Positions 23,701 through 36,400 of a stretch of DNA of 64,000 bases are shown piece after piece; position 1 is the stretch's first letter, and the number at the start of each line of letters is the position of its first letter. Source of the stretch: Takakia lepidozioides. Lineage: Eukaryota > Plantae > Bryophyta. The position numbers and the translations under genes were made by a program. The DNA lies in NCBI GenBank assembly GCA_030704615.1, contig CM060734.1, forward strand, positions 12,338,001 to 12,402,000, given 5' to 3'. The notes under the pieces are model-generated. The model did no database searches. It saw only the letters and a program-made list of their open reading frames with translations, and was not told the origin of the DNA.

Positions 23701-24685
23701 CAGGCACAGGTTGCAGGACTGCAGGAGACCATTACAGCTCTCGATAGCAAAGTAAGGGCTGCTGAAGCTGAAAAAACAAAGCTTAAGAAGGATAACAAGG
23801 ATTTGCGCAAGGCTGACTCTGACAAGGAAAAAGGATTTGCTGAGTTGGTAAGTGAAACTTGCTGGTGGGTTTGCTTGCTGTATGGTTCAACTGCCGAAGC
23901 AGGTTACATTGTGTCACAGATAGAGGAGCTAAGTGTTGAGATTCCTAATGGGTGAAGACTGCTGGTGAGAATATTGTGCTCGAAAGCTTTCTGGCTACAG
24001 ACATGTTGCCCGGTTGGGACAAAGCTGTACAGGGTGAAGGACAAGGAGGGGGCAGGAAAAAGGGCTGCTACATGAGCAGGATTGTTAGCCGCATAAGATT
24101 GTTTGAAAGGAAGGATAAATCTGCAGGTTTCACTTAGTGAAACATTCCGACTAACAGAGCTACATTAATCGGCATCCCTCAGTGGTTGCAGATGTGGTTG
24201 TACATGTCAGAGTGACCCTTAACTATCACTTCTATGTTATTAAGATCAACTGGCAATCAGAGCAAATAGTGACACGGAAGGTCATGATGAATCCCTCATC
24301 TTGGTTTGGCCTCAACCTTGGAATCTCATCAGGCTTGCAAGGACAGATAATTAGCTACGTGTCTGACAAGGCTTTCTTTTTGCTTGATACTCTGCAGAGG
24401 TCATCATTGCAGGCCCTGGAAGAGAACCAAGGCAGTGTGAATGCTCGAGATCTGGTCAAGACCCCCGTACAGACACCAACTGGGAAAGCACGGAAGAGAA
24501 AGGGGAAAAGTGACAAATCATCCGAAGAGGAAGAGGCTGCTGCCCTGACGGCGCTCATCAATGAGAAGGGAGTGAAACCTGTGCACTCCCACACCCTCAG
24601 TGGTGGTCTACTCGCTGTGCTGATTGCCATCTCTCTCGCTTCATTCTTCCTTGGTTTCTGGCTCCCAAAGAGAATCACTTTTTAA
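17800..24685 (+). CDS. Long coiled-coil tail-anchored protein, PICC/PICL-like (At2g32240 family), ~1072 aa, 10 coding exons
   Basis: Exons 17800-17967, 18363-18665, 18934-20145, 20647-21054, 21417-21656, 22176-22436, 22640-22732, 23469-23570, 23704-23847 and 24398-24685, all phase 0. E/K/Q/L/A-rich heptads throughout. The C-terminus VNARDL..TPTGKARKRKGK followed by TM GGLLAVLIAISLASFFLGFWL and a short PKRITF tail matches the SRD / basic patch / TM end of PICC-type ER proteins as I recall it. Confidence 0.75.
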
Positions 24686-26334
24686 TTTTGAGAGCTGTCA
24701 AATAAGGCAGGTCTGTGGGAGCCATGTTTGCTTCCTTTGCATGATTTCCAATATTGGATAGTGCGAGGTACAAACCTTGCTAATTTCGCTAGAGATGGAC
24801 ATCCCTACATGGCACCGATTACAGCGTGTCCACAAGGAACATTGTTGATAACCCTTTCTGAATGTGTCGAACCCAAACAGTGGCTTGCTTTGGCCCAAGA
24901 GATCACAGATAGACAAAGAAACCTTCTCTTCAGCATGCCGGGGATTGTTGGCTTCGAAAGGGTTACAGCACAAAGATGTTGCTGCTGATGAGTACCTGAC
25001 CACCAAATTTTCCGTGTGGATTTGTAGACTGTATACCTGCATTTCAAGAGTGGTTTGAGTAGGTTGCACTATGACTTCCTTGTCATCTTAGCTATATGGA
25101 TGGTGTTTCAACCAAGTTCATCAGCAAGGCACTACATGACTGTACGCCCTCTTTGAGCTTCAATCTGAAGATCCAATTCAGTCTCTTCAAGTGGCTGTCC
25201 CCTTTCAAGTATAAACAGATCAAAGGGGTGTGACTTGCACAGGCATCAGACGTTAACCTTCAAGTGTTGATATGGACAACTGAAGAGCTCTGTATTATGT
25301 TTCTTGTGGATATATCCTCATTTGCTAATGCATCATTGCTGGTAACATTTATGACAAGCTATCTGAGGAACTAGAAGTGCTTGTGTGATGTACTAGATTT
25401 GAAAGCTTGTTAAATAATTGTAGCCTTGAATATGTGAGATGGTGTTGGAACAGAATTTTATGAATTCCTGTAAGATTGGCTATTTCAATTCTTATGATGA
25501 GTCATTCCAGGTTGCAAAAAGTAAATTCAAGTGTTTGGCTTCGAAGTCTATTGCCATTTGCATGCGTGATCCTGATAGTCACCTACTCTTGTTTCTTCTT
25601 AGCACAAAAGCAGAGAGTAAAAAGGTGGAATTTGAGCACATTGTGAATAGTTTTTCTTTGGGTGATGGTGTCCATGTGATGCACTTGTCCAAGCAAGCTT
25701 TGATTGTTTGCAATTACTTCTTCTGATCAGAGTTCACCCATGGGTGTGATAGAATGCCCTTGTAGATGAACATCACTTGGGCCTAGGAGTTCCACCTCCC
25801 ACTACTTGATGATATGGACACCTAATCTCCTAACAGCTAGTTCCCAATCTCATGTGTGGCTTCAAATTTAGCCATCCAACAGAGCTGGGTCTGTTGTCAT
25901 CTTTGAAGGAGGCCGGGTGCCATGTATTTTGGTTGCAGTGTCTAGACCAAATTGTAGACCATAGTACAAGGTGAACAGTTTGAATTCAACCCATCTAACA
26001 TGAAGTGTTGTTCCCAAGTCACTCATCAAAACAAGCATGTAAGTTGGGCATATTCCCTTACCTTCAAGACATAAGAAAGAAAAGTTTGTTGGCTCCTCCC
26101 TATAAGGGAGAGACCCCGCATTGGTGCCAAAAATGAGTAAGATCCTGATATACCTCCACTAGATAGTACCTCCATGAAGCACATAATCCTCCCCCACTTA
26201 AATGTTAGCTTGAATGTACCTTGATTGGATAGGACCCATAAATGAATCTTACATATGTAAATATTCATAGCTTATATAGGCTAACTTATATAGGCTTATT
26301 TATTTATTTATATACATTAAAATAGAAAGCAGAA

Positions 26335-28818
26335 ACTTAGCAGGCTCAAGGCTGCCAATCTCCCAGTCAATTTCAGTGCTGCTCTCTCCAGCCTTCTCAA
26401 TCTGTTCAATATCCCAGTCAATATCTCCATTGCCATCCTCAAATCCTCCTGTCCCAACGTCTGCCAATGTTCTAGTCAATGCCTGTACTGTCCATCTCAA
26501 ATCCTGCAGCCTTTTCAGGGAGAGCATCCTGTTCAACATCGCAGTTGATGGGGGCATTGCCCCTCTGAACCCCTGTAGCCTGTTCTAAGGTACTGGAGAA
26601 ACCCTCCGCCTCTACTAGAGTAGCCTCCTCATTACTTCCACGGCCAACAGGGGGGTGGTCATGGAGCCCTTGAAGAGTTACTAACACCAGCCCAGACTCA
26701 GCCTGCATTAAAGATCCTCCATTTCCTCACCACTGAAAGTATCATAGCAGGGACAAAACCGATAAGATCTGAACATTTAGTGAAATGCTATTTGGCCAAA
26801 CAATCCACTGCCAAATGGAGAAGTATGAGAGACATACCGCAAGGCTGGTGTGTGCATAAGAGACAAAGGTTTGATACAACTCCAAAGCTTCACCCACACT
26901 ACTGTCGCAAACTGCTCTTACAACCTCCACGAAGACAGTGGGAAGGCTTTTGCCCAGTGCCTTCAGTTCTTCTCTCACATCATTGCCCTGCAGGATGCCA
27001 CAGTTAGCTGCATAGCTATACTTTTTCTTTGGACACAGGTAAGCTGCTTCTAGTCTTTTCACTAGGAAAATTTATAAGGAAAATGTCTTCACATGAAAAA
27101 GATTTTGAAAGAGAATAACAAACCAAAATGCCAAGCTCCTGACAAGCGTGTTGATACTTGATGGCTGATGCAGCTGCATTACACCTGAATTCAGCCTCTT
27201 TTCGTTCCATATCTGTCAGCTGCTGCTGCAACTTTGCTATCTGCTTTTTTTGGTATGGACTTCCACACATAGCTAGTAACCATCTTCAGAGATCATCCCC
27301 TCCAGCATCCAAAGCAAAAAGCAACAAAGTTCCTGTGCAAGTATAAATGCACGTGCAGTTTCATGGGTACATGAGCACTACATCAGCTGTGATGTTTGAA
27401 CTGGCGAACAGCAGGACCCACTTATAGAAATCTTACATCTCATAATTTGTGTGCTGCACCATGAGCTGGGCAGCTTCTCCAAGATGTAACTGTTCCTTCT
27501 CATAGCTGCGCACTTTGCCATCCCACTCACTCTGCCACACAGGTTCGACCGCCACTTAGGATAAACAAAAAGAGCGAACAAACGATAGAGAAAGGTGCCA
27601 GTCACAAAAGGATAATAATTTACAGCGGATCCAGAAAGTCGACCAAAAAGGGTGCGGACCTCTGGTGTGGCCTGCACTACCACATCTCTGATGTGCTTTG
27701 CTTCCAAGTAGCCTGTGCCTGCCCGTCAAGCCCACCCTGCCTCAACCACACAAAAAGCTGCACCTGATATCTAGTCCACCTCTATCCATGGTCATAGGAT
27801 TGGCAGTGCACCACTCACACAGCCATATTCCTCACACTTGTAGAAGCACTGCTCAAATGAACTTCACCCTTTCTAGAAGAAACATCAATAGCAGCACATA
27901 CGTCCAGACCATGAACGATTCAGTGTGCTTTACCTTGGTGGGCTAAAACCCCCAAAGGGCATCCGTAATGGTTAGAATCCAGAAGGATTATCCACTGAAG
28001 GGTATGGCATGGCCAACATTCCCAGGCAACAGTCAGAGGGAACATCTCTATTTTTTCTTTCTAAAACTGCCGATCGAAAAGAAAACATCATCACTAAAAA
28101 CCTCTCAGCAAGACCGAGAAAAGCCTCTAATAAGAGAAGCTGTCTCTCCGTCTCTCTAATCTTAGTTGTGACGCACCCTTCAGGTTATGACACGCCCTCC
28201 AAACCCTACCAATTTTTCAGATCCAACGGAGTATGAAGTGAAATATCCCAGTGCAAGAAGATCACATGAACGAATCAGGACAGAATGTCACATCTGAAGT
28301 ATCACAAATTCAGCCCCGAGTGCCTAGATTGATCCACAATGACAAAGAACCACAATCTTCATAGACTTCACCAATACCTCACGAATGCAGGGTTTTCAAT
28401 TATTGAGGCAACAACTCATTACAGGACATCGGACAAATTAGAACTTACATTCTGGAGTTAGAGTTGATAGCCATGGATCGACACCGCGGCAGGGCAGAAA
28501 GTGCCGATGTAACACGAGACCGCAGAGAGGCAAGCTTCTTATGCCAGTCTGCAGGGATTTTCCGGCGATCTACTAGCCAATCTGCCCACTCCACCTCAAT
28601 TAGATTCATTCACCCAACCCAACACTGTAAAGCATTCTGCGACATGAAATTGCCCAAATCCCATGCATTCAAAGATAAAAATGGATAGCACATAACCAGA
28701 GGATGAACCCGAAAGTGGAAGGAAAAGTGAGACATTGGAGTTAGAACTAACCCGCAAGCTTGGTATATGTGATGTCAATAGGCAGCAGCAACACTGGATC
28801 CTCAACAGACTGCTCCAT
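26335..28818 (-). pseudogene. C53: CDK5RAP3 / C53 (ER-phagy receptor, UFMylation adaptor) pseudogene, 3'-truncated
   Basis: Spliced translation MEQSVEDPVLLLPIDITYTKLADWLVDRRKIPADWHKKL..., GYLEAK..RTLFGRLSG, YEKEQLHLGEAAQ..NYEIPYQKKQI, GNDVREEL..SLP. Defects: exon 2 (28581-28449) is 133 nt and shifts the frame; TAG at 26472-26474 followed by another frameshift; no C-terminal exons found below ~26335. Confidence 0.9.
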
Positions 28819-30446
28819 GGACAACCCACCTGTGCTCTATCCTCCCTCTATCCTCCTCCTGTAATTGCAATGCCTCTACACGGTCTGTGCCGAGAAGACC
28901 CCTTGAGAGCCCGAATCCTTCTTGTTCTTTCGACCGACAACAGCGGCGCTTTGCATCCAACCCACTTCTTACTTCAGAGTTCCACACTTCTCTTCACACA
29001 TAACTTCGTAGTCCAGGCAGCAAAGATCTGAAGCACAATTTCCACAATGGATGGATTCTTCCTTATCACTGCTTGCCTGGGATTTACTTAACTTACAACT
29101 GCATTCGAAACAGTTCTGAAAGTAGAGCTACCCAAAAGCCCCACCATAAAAGTAGTAATAATACCCCTGCTCATGCACTTGCTTGTCTCCTTTACTCGTC
29201 CCCTGTCAAATTCCTTTGGTATCCTCTAGGCTATACCTTCAGCTTTAGCTACATGGTTACATGCTTGCATTCCATGCAAAGTAAAGCTCCAGTTTCATTT
29301 GTGCACATATGGCTGTAATGTCTATCCATTTGCTATCAACTCAAGTGTAATGATCTGAAATATCCACTGTTCTACTGAGGCATTGAGGCATTGCCGCAAT
29401 AATCATGCAGACACTCAAGAAGTGTGTAGGAGTTGCTGCTCACTACAACCTGCGCTTGGCCAGCCGCATAGTGCACGGCCATGAGGATCTATGCTCTTGA
29501 CCATTGCACGAGGAAACACTTCGACATTGAGCTGGCAAACGATTGTTACACGTGAGAACCAGCAGGAGTTGCATGTCTGGAGAAGAACACAAGCACAACT
29601 CGTAACTCTAGAGAAGCTGCATTCTGAACTGTGTGAGATACAGATCACAAATGCATTAACAAAAGGTCGAACATGTGAAGTGCTCTTCAGTCTCAATGGA
29701 TCCACAGCAGAGTTGGGTGATTGATGCAAGAAAAAATTGAGTTAGACAACTAAAGTCTCTGTGCGTCAAACAAAATTAACGAGAGTCTCCATTCTTAGCA
29801 TCTTTCCCACCAATTAACTCTCCCTTATCTCACTGCCCTTGAGAGCAAACTGTCACGTGGGTCACACACTTCAGCTGCAAAATAACCATAGCCATGCTAT
29901 GGCTTTGAAGGCATCTCTCTCCACATTAACAGAAGGCTGCTGCATCCCTCCCTCTATGCTAGCAAATGAATGCTCCTACACGCCATCCATAAGGCGATCA
30001 AGCCTACATAACACAAAGCCCCAACCACAACTTGCATGTAATCATGTGGCATGATGATCCAAACAGAGGGCTATCTTATACCCAGCAATACCGGCCACAC
30101 TACACACCAAATCAAAAGAATATGCTGTTGCAGCACTTGTCTGGCATGCCGTTCCGAGAAATCCATGGGCCTGTATGCTCCAGCTGTGATCCACCAAGGC
30201 CGCCTCAAAAGCCCCAAACATTGAATATATATCAGGAGGCACAATACTATCAATAACAGACACCCATGGCCTTCATAGATTTCCCGTAATCTCGGTCCAA
30301 GGAAGGTTTGTAAAAGTCTTTCACTGCCTGTAGCATTCCAGCGAAGCAATTCCTTGATTCCCACCTAGCAATCTTCCACATTTCACCAGGTTTCCACGGA
30401 CGTCCCAACATCATATGTATGTCATGTCATATCATGATTTTCCCTC

Positions 30447-33400
30447 TTAGTAGCCACCCACAGGTGGCATGCCATATGCTGGCATCCCCCCATAGGCTGG
30501 CATGCCCCCGTCATAGGTGCCACCCATCCCAGGCATGGGGGGAGCTGGTAGAGCCAAGGGCAAAAGCCGGGCGTACATATTCTGCATAGAACACAAGTGG
30601 TTTTCAGACTGACTGAGACATCAAGCTGTCCCAACTTCATTCATCCAGCGACCATAAACCAGAAGCTAAGGAACTAGAAACCCTCAAAATTTCAGTAGCA
30701 AACTTAGTCTAGAGTTTCATTGATCACGACGTGCATAAAGACACATGGGGCACAATTCGAGCAACAGATTGTACCGATTGAGCGACTAGATCCTTCTCTT
30801 CCTTCTCTTTGGACTTCACCACTAGAAGTGCTTCCTGCTTGTCTTTGACCAAGTCATCCACCTTCGTTGAGTACTCCCGCAAGAACTGATCAACAGTCAT
30901 GGAACATATTTCATTGATCAGGAAAGAACTGATAAACTTAACACCTGAAGACAAGCCGTAGATCAAGAGGCTACCAACCAACTAACGTACAACAATCACA
31001 GCACATCAGCTACACACTGCAACCAACACAACAAGAACAACAGTTGACATCCTACAAACACATCATCTTTCAAGACTTCAAAACATATCATAAAGATAAA
31101 AATGTGTGAATTTTGGTGTTCAGTGCCTGCACATCAACAAGCCACTGCAGGCCAGGAAACATGCAACAGACCTGTAGCAAGTAAGGGAAGGAAAAGTCCA
31201 GCATGTTCTTCATCCACGCCAGCTCCAAGGCCACATCAGCACGAATGAGGTCATAACAAGTATACAAGCATGCTGCAAAGCACTCTTTCTTTCCCTGCGC
31301 AACCACAGAGGACATTCACGAAGAGGAATCCCACCTTAAAGAAAGATACCCAAGATGATTCTTATCCTTCTATGCGAATGCAATGTCTACACCCAAGTGC
31401 TGATTTGTTCTGAAAAGTCTAGAAGCCAGTGTGATCTAACAGTAACCCTGAACCGAATATAAAAATTTCTTACTTTATCATGCACACACTTTGCATCTTG
31501 TCTTGGGGGCAGCACATTGAGGACAAAATGCATTCAGCAAGTGGACATTGTTAATACCTGATCCACAAAGAATGTAAGCAACTCTTCCGCAAGTTCACGA
31601 TCACCAGATTGGGATGTGGTCTCCATTGCATCTTTGTACAAGTTATCGTTTTTAGAAAGTGCCACAGATTGTCGCCACCTTCCAGCCTTGTTGTAAATAT
31701 AAGCTGCAATTCGCCGCATCTCCAGAAGCTCGTGCTTCTCAACCTGTTTTAAAAAGCAGGAGAGGTCAGAAGAGATAAGCATCGATGGCTACAGAAATGT
31801 TGCTATTCTTGTGACCGGACACAAGCAAGAGGACTGAGGATATTGATCGCCAGGATATAGTGTCTATCCTACTAGGTTGTCTGTTGTCTGTGGTCTGTTG
31901 AACCTCACCATTTTCTGTTACCTAGGCAAATTCACTATCCAGGGCATCCATCCCACGTACATAGAAATAAATAATTTTAGAGAAGCAACCACCACTATGG
32001 CTCTTGCGTTTGCCACAATTTGACACAACAAAAAGCAAATGAACCAGCAACAGACACGTTTCGAATGGTTCACACATTTTCCAGCTCTCTGGATAAAGCA
32101 GGGTGTGTGTCCACAAATCCAAACAACATCCTATTAGCCTTACAATTTCGAGAGAAAAGAACACATCTAAAACCATGAAGAAAACCTTACCCTTTGAGCC
32201 AATGATATCTGATCAAAGTTGTCATACATGTCAATCGACTCCCTGAGTCGGTCATAATCCTCCTCCTCAATATAAAGCTCATTTAGAGCCTCATTCACAG
32301 CGGCAACGTTGCTGCTCTGGACTGCCACCATATACGGCTTCACAAGCGGCAAATGTCCAGCCTGCGCAATGTTTTTAAAACCAACCCTCGATATCTTTAG
32401 CATTGGAGCGGAGTGAATCATGAGTGTTCTTGAGTGAAAGGGCACACTGGACTATAAATAGTGCATCACAGGGTGCAAAAGTGGTCAGGACACCTAGATA
32501 AGGCAAAAAAGTCAAGTAACATGCAGCTGCCAAAGAGATCACACCTTGCGCATGATATCCACCACACGGGTATGGTCCACACGTGCAGCTAAGACATTGA
32601 ATAGGTCATTGATGAGATCCGGATGCTCCTGTAGATAGAAACGTACGGCCCTATAGTAAAGCTCCACATTTGCCACCTTGACTGACACATCCTTAAACTG
32701 CATGTGGTCCCAGGCCTCTGGGGAATGACTCATCATGGTCGCAGCTGCATTGTCATATTCATCGTATTGGATGTACAGGTACGTAAGCTCCTTCCAGTGC
32801 TGTTGCTCGTCGCACACACGGATGAGCTTTGGGATGTTGATGTGCGTGGAAAAGAGTTTGAGATGCTCCATCAGCTTGTCTGGCCGGTACTTAGCATACA
32901 GAGTTCCAAGCTCTGTGAAAATACCCATGTGGGCGCGCTCCAGGCCTAGTCCACTCTCCATCAATGTAATAAGCTCATCAAAGCGACCCTTGTTCTGGTA
33001 GTAGTCGCTCACCTCTTCCAAATCGTCGACCTGGACCCACATTGCAACAACAAATTCCCTTAATTTTCTCGAACACTTTTGCAACATTAACAGTTAGCCA
33101 GTACTGATTCTCAGAGGAAGAATTTGTACAAACCAGAGTTGTTACATAACCTGACAGTTGAGAGCTTCCATCAAGACTGAAACAAACAACATAAGGCCAC
33201 ATTGCTGCACAATATTTAGCAGACACTACAACTTCAATACATACCTGGACAATGACATTGAGACCGCAAATTTGAGCCAGCCGGAACTCCTCTGCATCAA
33301 CACAGGCAAAGCATACTTCCTTCCACGTCTTGGAGCTATTGGCCTTCCGGGCAGCATCCACCGCTGCTTGGAATTGGTGCAGCTTCACAAGTGTACTTGC

Positions 33401-36400
33401 AAGGCGGCTCCAGTTGGAAATGTGAGTGAAGATGATCTTGGCAGCCTCATAGAGTGCTTCATCAAAGAGACGGTCCCCAACGTTCTGCAAGTTGGCAACA
33501 TTGGGCTGGACAATGAACTCCTCAATCTCTCCCAGTCGATCAATCTTGGCATAGGCATAGATCAACTCAGAGTCCACCTTGGGCTCCTTCACCTTCTTGC
33601 GCACCATCAGCAAGTACTTGACCAGATCCTCAAAGGCCCTGACCTTCTGAGCGTCATTGATCACCTCATTAAACTGAGTGGCATCATTTGCACGAATGAA
33701 GGACTCAATGGCATCACTGACGAGCCCCTCCCTTAACTGTGCTTTTCCCACCTGGCTCCACACTTCATCCTCTTCTACGCGACCTGCGAACTCTACAGCT
33801 CGTTCAATGCTGCGAATGTTATCCAAAAGCACATTGACTGCCTGCACGTTGAGGTTGAACTTCTTGAAGATAGCAAAAGCCTCCTCATACAGCTCTGCCC
33901 CGACAGCTATTTCACCCACTGCTGGACCATCAAAGTTATCCAGCCGGTTGATGTAATCCATGACCCGCGATTTGTCAGCCTTGATAGCTGTAAGAATAAG
34001 CAAGTTTTGAAGGTTGGGGTTGCCACTGAAGGCAGAATTTTGGAGAACAATTTTCTCAAGTAACTCTATCAACTCATGGGGTAAATCAGCAGTCATGAAA
34101 GCCTTCACAGTGGCAGAGACCTGTTCTGGATTCTTGCTCTCTGGCAGTGCCGTGGACACAACTTGATCAATAAGCTGCCGCCTGAAGGGATTCTCTGGAT
34201 TGAGAACCTTCAACCACAGATCCGGTTCCATGCGTTCCACCACATACCTTCAAGAACACCAGTACATGTGATCGGCTTTTCCAGTCAACGCTAGTATGCA
34301 GCTTAGATTCAAGTCGCCGGTATGACTAATCAAACAGAACACTTGGTCTGACCCAATGTTTCTCAACTGGTTATTGGCGTCTGTTATCCAATACATGCTT
34401 ACAAGATTAAAGTTTCTGGTACTTACATCTTTGATAGGACCACCGCTACAAAGACAGGAATCATATGCTCACCTAGCCTGAAGCTTGAAGAGAGAGTTCT
34501 TGTTGGTGACATTGACAAGCTCAACATCGCATTGGCCACGTCGGTAGGCCACAACCGCAAGGGTTGGGTCACGCTTCTCACAGTACTTGCCCACCACGCG
34601 AGAATCATAATATGGGTTGGTGGTGAGGAAGTGCTCGGGGTGGTTGTTGTTGTCAATAAATATCTTACCCAAAGCATTGTGCACATGCACATCTTGACTT
34701 CCCTCACTCACTAGATGCTCCAAGAATTGGGTCAGCAGCCTCAGCCGGTTCCTGAAATGAACAAAAACACCTCATCAAACCATGGGATAAGAGTAAGTAC
34801 AAAAAGCACAAATAGAACTTCGGAACTTGACCAAAACCCCGTCTGCGTATTGTTTTACGTTCATGTAAACCAATTAAACTCAGGAAGCCATTAGAAACTA
34901 TTTCGTATTCCTAGTCTACAGAAGAATGGAGTCAAAGAAATCACCTCTTCTCGCACTCATCCACGAGTGGCTCTACTGGCAATAGAGATCGTACAGACAA
35001 AATGAGACCCTTGATGAAGTCTTCTGGACAATCATCATCCAGCAGTTGGCCAACAACCAGAGGAGCATTGCTTGGATTGACCTGCACACTGAACAAATTT
35101 ATCAGACCGTGTATTTAGTCAAAGTGCCCCAACACAAGCATACTGCATGAGACGGATTGTGGCAGTACTGCACCAGAGGTCAGTGACACAGTAGTATTGA
35201 CTGACTTTACTATACCCATATGTTCCAATCCGCCCGCAAACCTGTAACAACAGAGCAACAAAGAGCAAAGCCACTTCACCTTCTGCACATAACCTTCAAT
35301 ATACCGAAGCATATTGTTGGCGTAGAGATAATGTGTGAGATCAGGCACAAATCCATGACGGTCGCAAACATTTATCAGGGGGCGCGCATCTGGTAGCTTT
35401 GACTTCATCAAGAAATTTTTTGTTCTCTCCGCAGGGTAGAATTCAGACTCTCTTGTAACACGCTCCACTTCTTTGATTTGGCCAGTCTTGGCTGCAGCTT
35501 CAATATACTTGAAGTGGATTTCTGGGTCCTCACTGCAGATTAGTAACAAGCACTTCCCTTGAACATTAGATTGAAGTCACAAAAACCCAATGCAAGAGGG
35601 TGACACTATCAGAGGATGACACTATCATCCTCTCTGTAGGAGGGCCAGAGCAGACAAACCACTTCCTCTCTTCAGTAGAGGTAAGAGAAAGACGCAGACA
35701 CAGATCAATTACGATATCAGATTCAAAACTCCTGCAAACTGAGCTGACATACAAAGCCACCTATTGTGCTTGGGAAGCTTGACAGCACTCACCTAGAACT
35801 TAAGTATGCACCCAGGAAGAAGTAAAGTCCCTCATACGACTTGAATTGTTCAAAAAGCTTCACACATGCATCCACACCCAGCTGCTCTGAGTACTCCTTC
35901 GCCACCTGCCAAATACAAAGAGCCCCTTACCAGTTATCCTTCTCTAGAGCTGTTGGCATGAAAGAAAACCTTATTTAAGAAACTCAAGGCTCACTCAGTG
36001 CAATATATTCAATCCTTCCACTCTTCACTGAGCTCCAAAGTAACACCTAGGGTTCAAAATATGTCACCTCACGTGGCTGACTCTAGGCAGATACACTTGC
36101 ACACAACATAAGACATCACTCTCCTCCAAGTAGGAAAGAAAACTACTCTATCAGTAGTAGAGGGCATCAAGATTCCCTACCAGTCACACACCTGAACAAT
36201 AATCTGCAAGTTTCCGCACATATTGACCACAAGAAGCTCCTTCATGCAATCCAATGCCCATTCCTTCGACAATGTTCCAAAAAACTCCACCAAGGCCTGA
36301 GAGAGGAGGGCACATCCATGTAAGATAGATCTTAAACATACTGAATTAAATGTGCTGCAATATAGATGCACGGTTGAGATAATTATGGCACCTCATACCA

